Shown here: positions 63,363 through 64,000 of the stretch, piece after piece | Layout of the letters: every line of letters begins with the position of its first letter | Position numbering within the stretch: position 1 is the first letter of the stretch | DNA from: Vicinamibacterales bacterium | GTDB taxonomy: Bacteria > Acidobacteriota > Vicinamibacteria > Vicinamibacterales > UBA8438 | NCBI GenBank assembly: GCA_965204175.1 | Contig: OZ241978.1 | Coordinates: 3,814,164-3,878,163, forward strand | DNA: 64,000 nucleotides | Reading direction: 5' to 3' | Position numbers and translations under genes: made by a program | Notes under the pieces: generated by a model | What the model was told of the DNA's origin: nothing | What the model saw: only the letters and a program-made list of their open reading frames with translations | Database searches by the model: none

Positions 63363-64000
63363 ACCCGTGCCGGATTAGAGACCTCCACCGCACCATATCC
63401 AGATCGCCAACAGGGTGACCGCGTGCGGCTTGGGCGGAAGTCTCGTCAACGAAGCCCCGTTTCGACCCGGCCGCCAGTCGACCACCACCGATTCACATGC
63501 TGTCACGACGAGCGGCGCCGTGCTCGGCCGGACTGCTCAGGGAAGCGACCGACCGTCTCGGACCTCGCAGTGATCTCTGGCACCTCGCATTGCAGACAAC
63601 TCGTCAATCGACGTCAATCGCCAAACCCGCGAACGAACCACCACGTGATCCGGCCTACACGCACGAATTTGCTATGCCCAATTGTTCGACCCGTTCTCTG
63701 GTCTTCGTTTAGCTGGCAACCCTGCCATCCGCATCGATATGGAGTTCCCGGCGGCGTTCGCCAGATGCCAGCATCTCATTCCGCAGCAACTCTCCCGTCC
63801 AGCGGCCGGCAGAGCGACCGGACGTTGAGTCCGTACTCGCGGCCGTGCATCACGTCGCGCCTCCGGCGGCCGATCTCGTACTTTCCCGGCCACCGCGGCG
63901 TTCCCGGCGTGCAGTGCCGCGTTGGCGGTTGGCCGTAGGTACGAGTTCGAGATGACCGTGTCGCCGCTCCCCCAATCGGGCGCTGCATCCTGCGTATGCC

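Noticed and set aside
63400-64000. ORFs at the right edge of the window (63672-63893, 63776-63988 minus; the tail of 62934-63938 plus).
   Set aside because: Translations in all frames look non-protein-like or fragmentary. One frame reads DAAPDWGSGDTVISNSYLRPTANAALHAGN and then breaks. No family could be recognised, so the region is left unannotated; it may be a degraded gene or an IS flank.

Overview
This is a high-GC bacterial chromosomal window (roughly 68-70% GC in bulk, judged by eye). All calls are by-eye motif and ORF reading; no searches were run. The gene content (DUF1592/DUF1552 pair, form-II cox cluster, OPT transporter, Ku/LigD, DUF5916 paralogues) would fit Acidobacteriota or Gemmatimonadota, but no phylogenetic marker is present. 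Positions 1-44.6 kb look like ordinary core genome: housekeeping and envelope genes, a coxSLM...coxDEG cluster split by a VapBC toxin-antitoxin pair, a divergent Ku/LigD pair, tRNA-His and two tandem tRNA-Arg. From about 44.6 kb to the end the window becomes a mosaic accessory region. It holds an IS630 transposase remnant, a FitAB-like VapBC pair and a lower-GC orphan membrane protein. It also holds a nested IS21 (an intact 3.4 kb copy inserted into the istA of an older copy, with a TGAG target duplication) and a Ser/Thr kinase gene truncated at the outer IS end. The most interesting object is a tightly packed eight-gene minus-strand operon at 53772-63067, which ends against an IS1380 transposase remnant. 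The operon encodes a MotA/ExbB-like channel, an FHA protein and a PP2C phosphatase. These are followed by a catalytically dead trypsin-like/coiled-coil/TM/FHA protein and an apparently active trypsin/TM/FHA paralogue. Next come a vWA protein whose N-terminal anchor looks like ExbD/TolR, a small FHA protein, and a Hanks kinase carrying a TM, a peptidoglycan-binding domain and four PPC-like repeats. I read it as a candidate envelope-spanning phospho-signalling and proteolysis (or conflict) system, possibly coupled to proton-motive force. It goes beyond the vWA-PP2C-kinase triads and the T6SS PpkA/PppA/Fha paradigm that I know of. Coordinates were counted by hand and start codons are best guesses.
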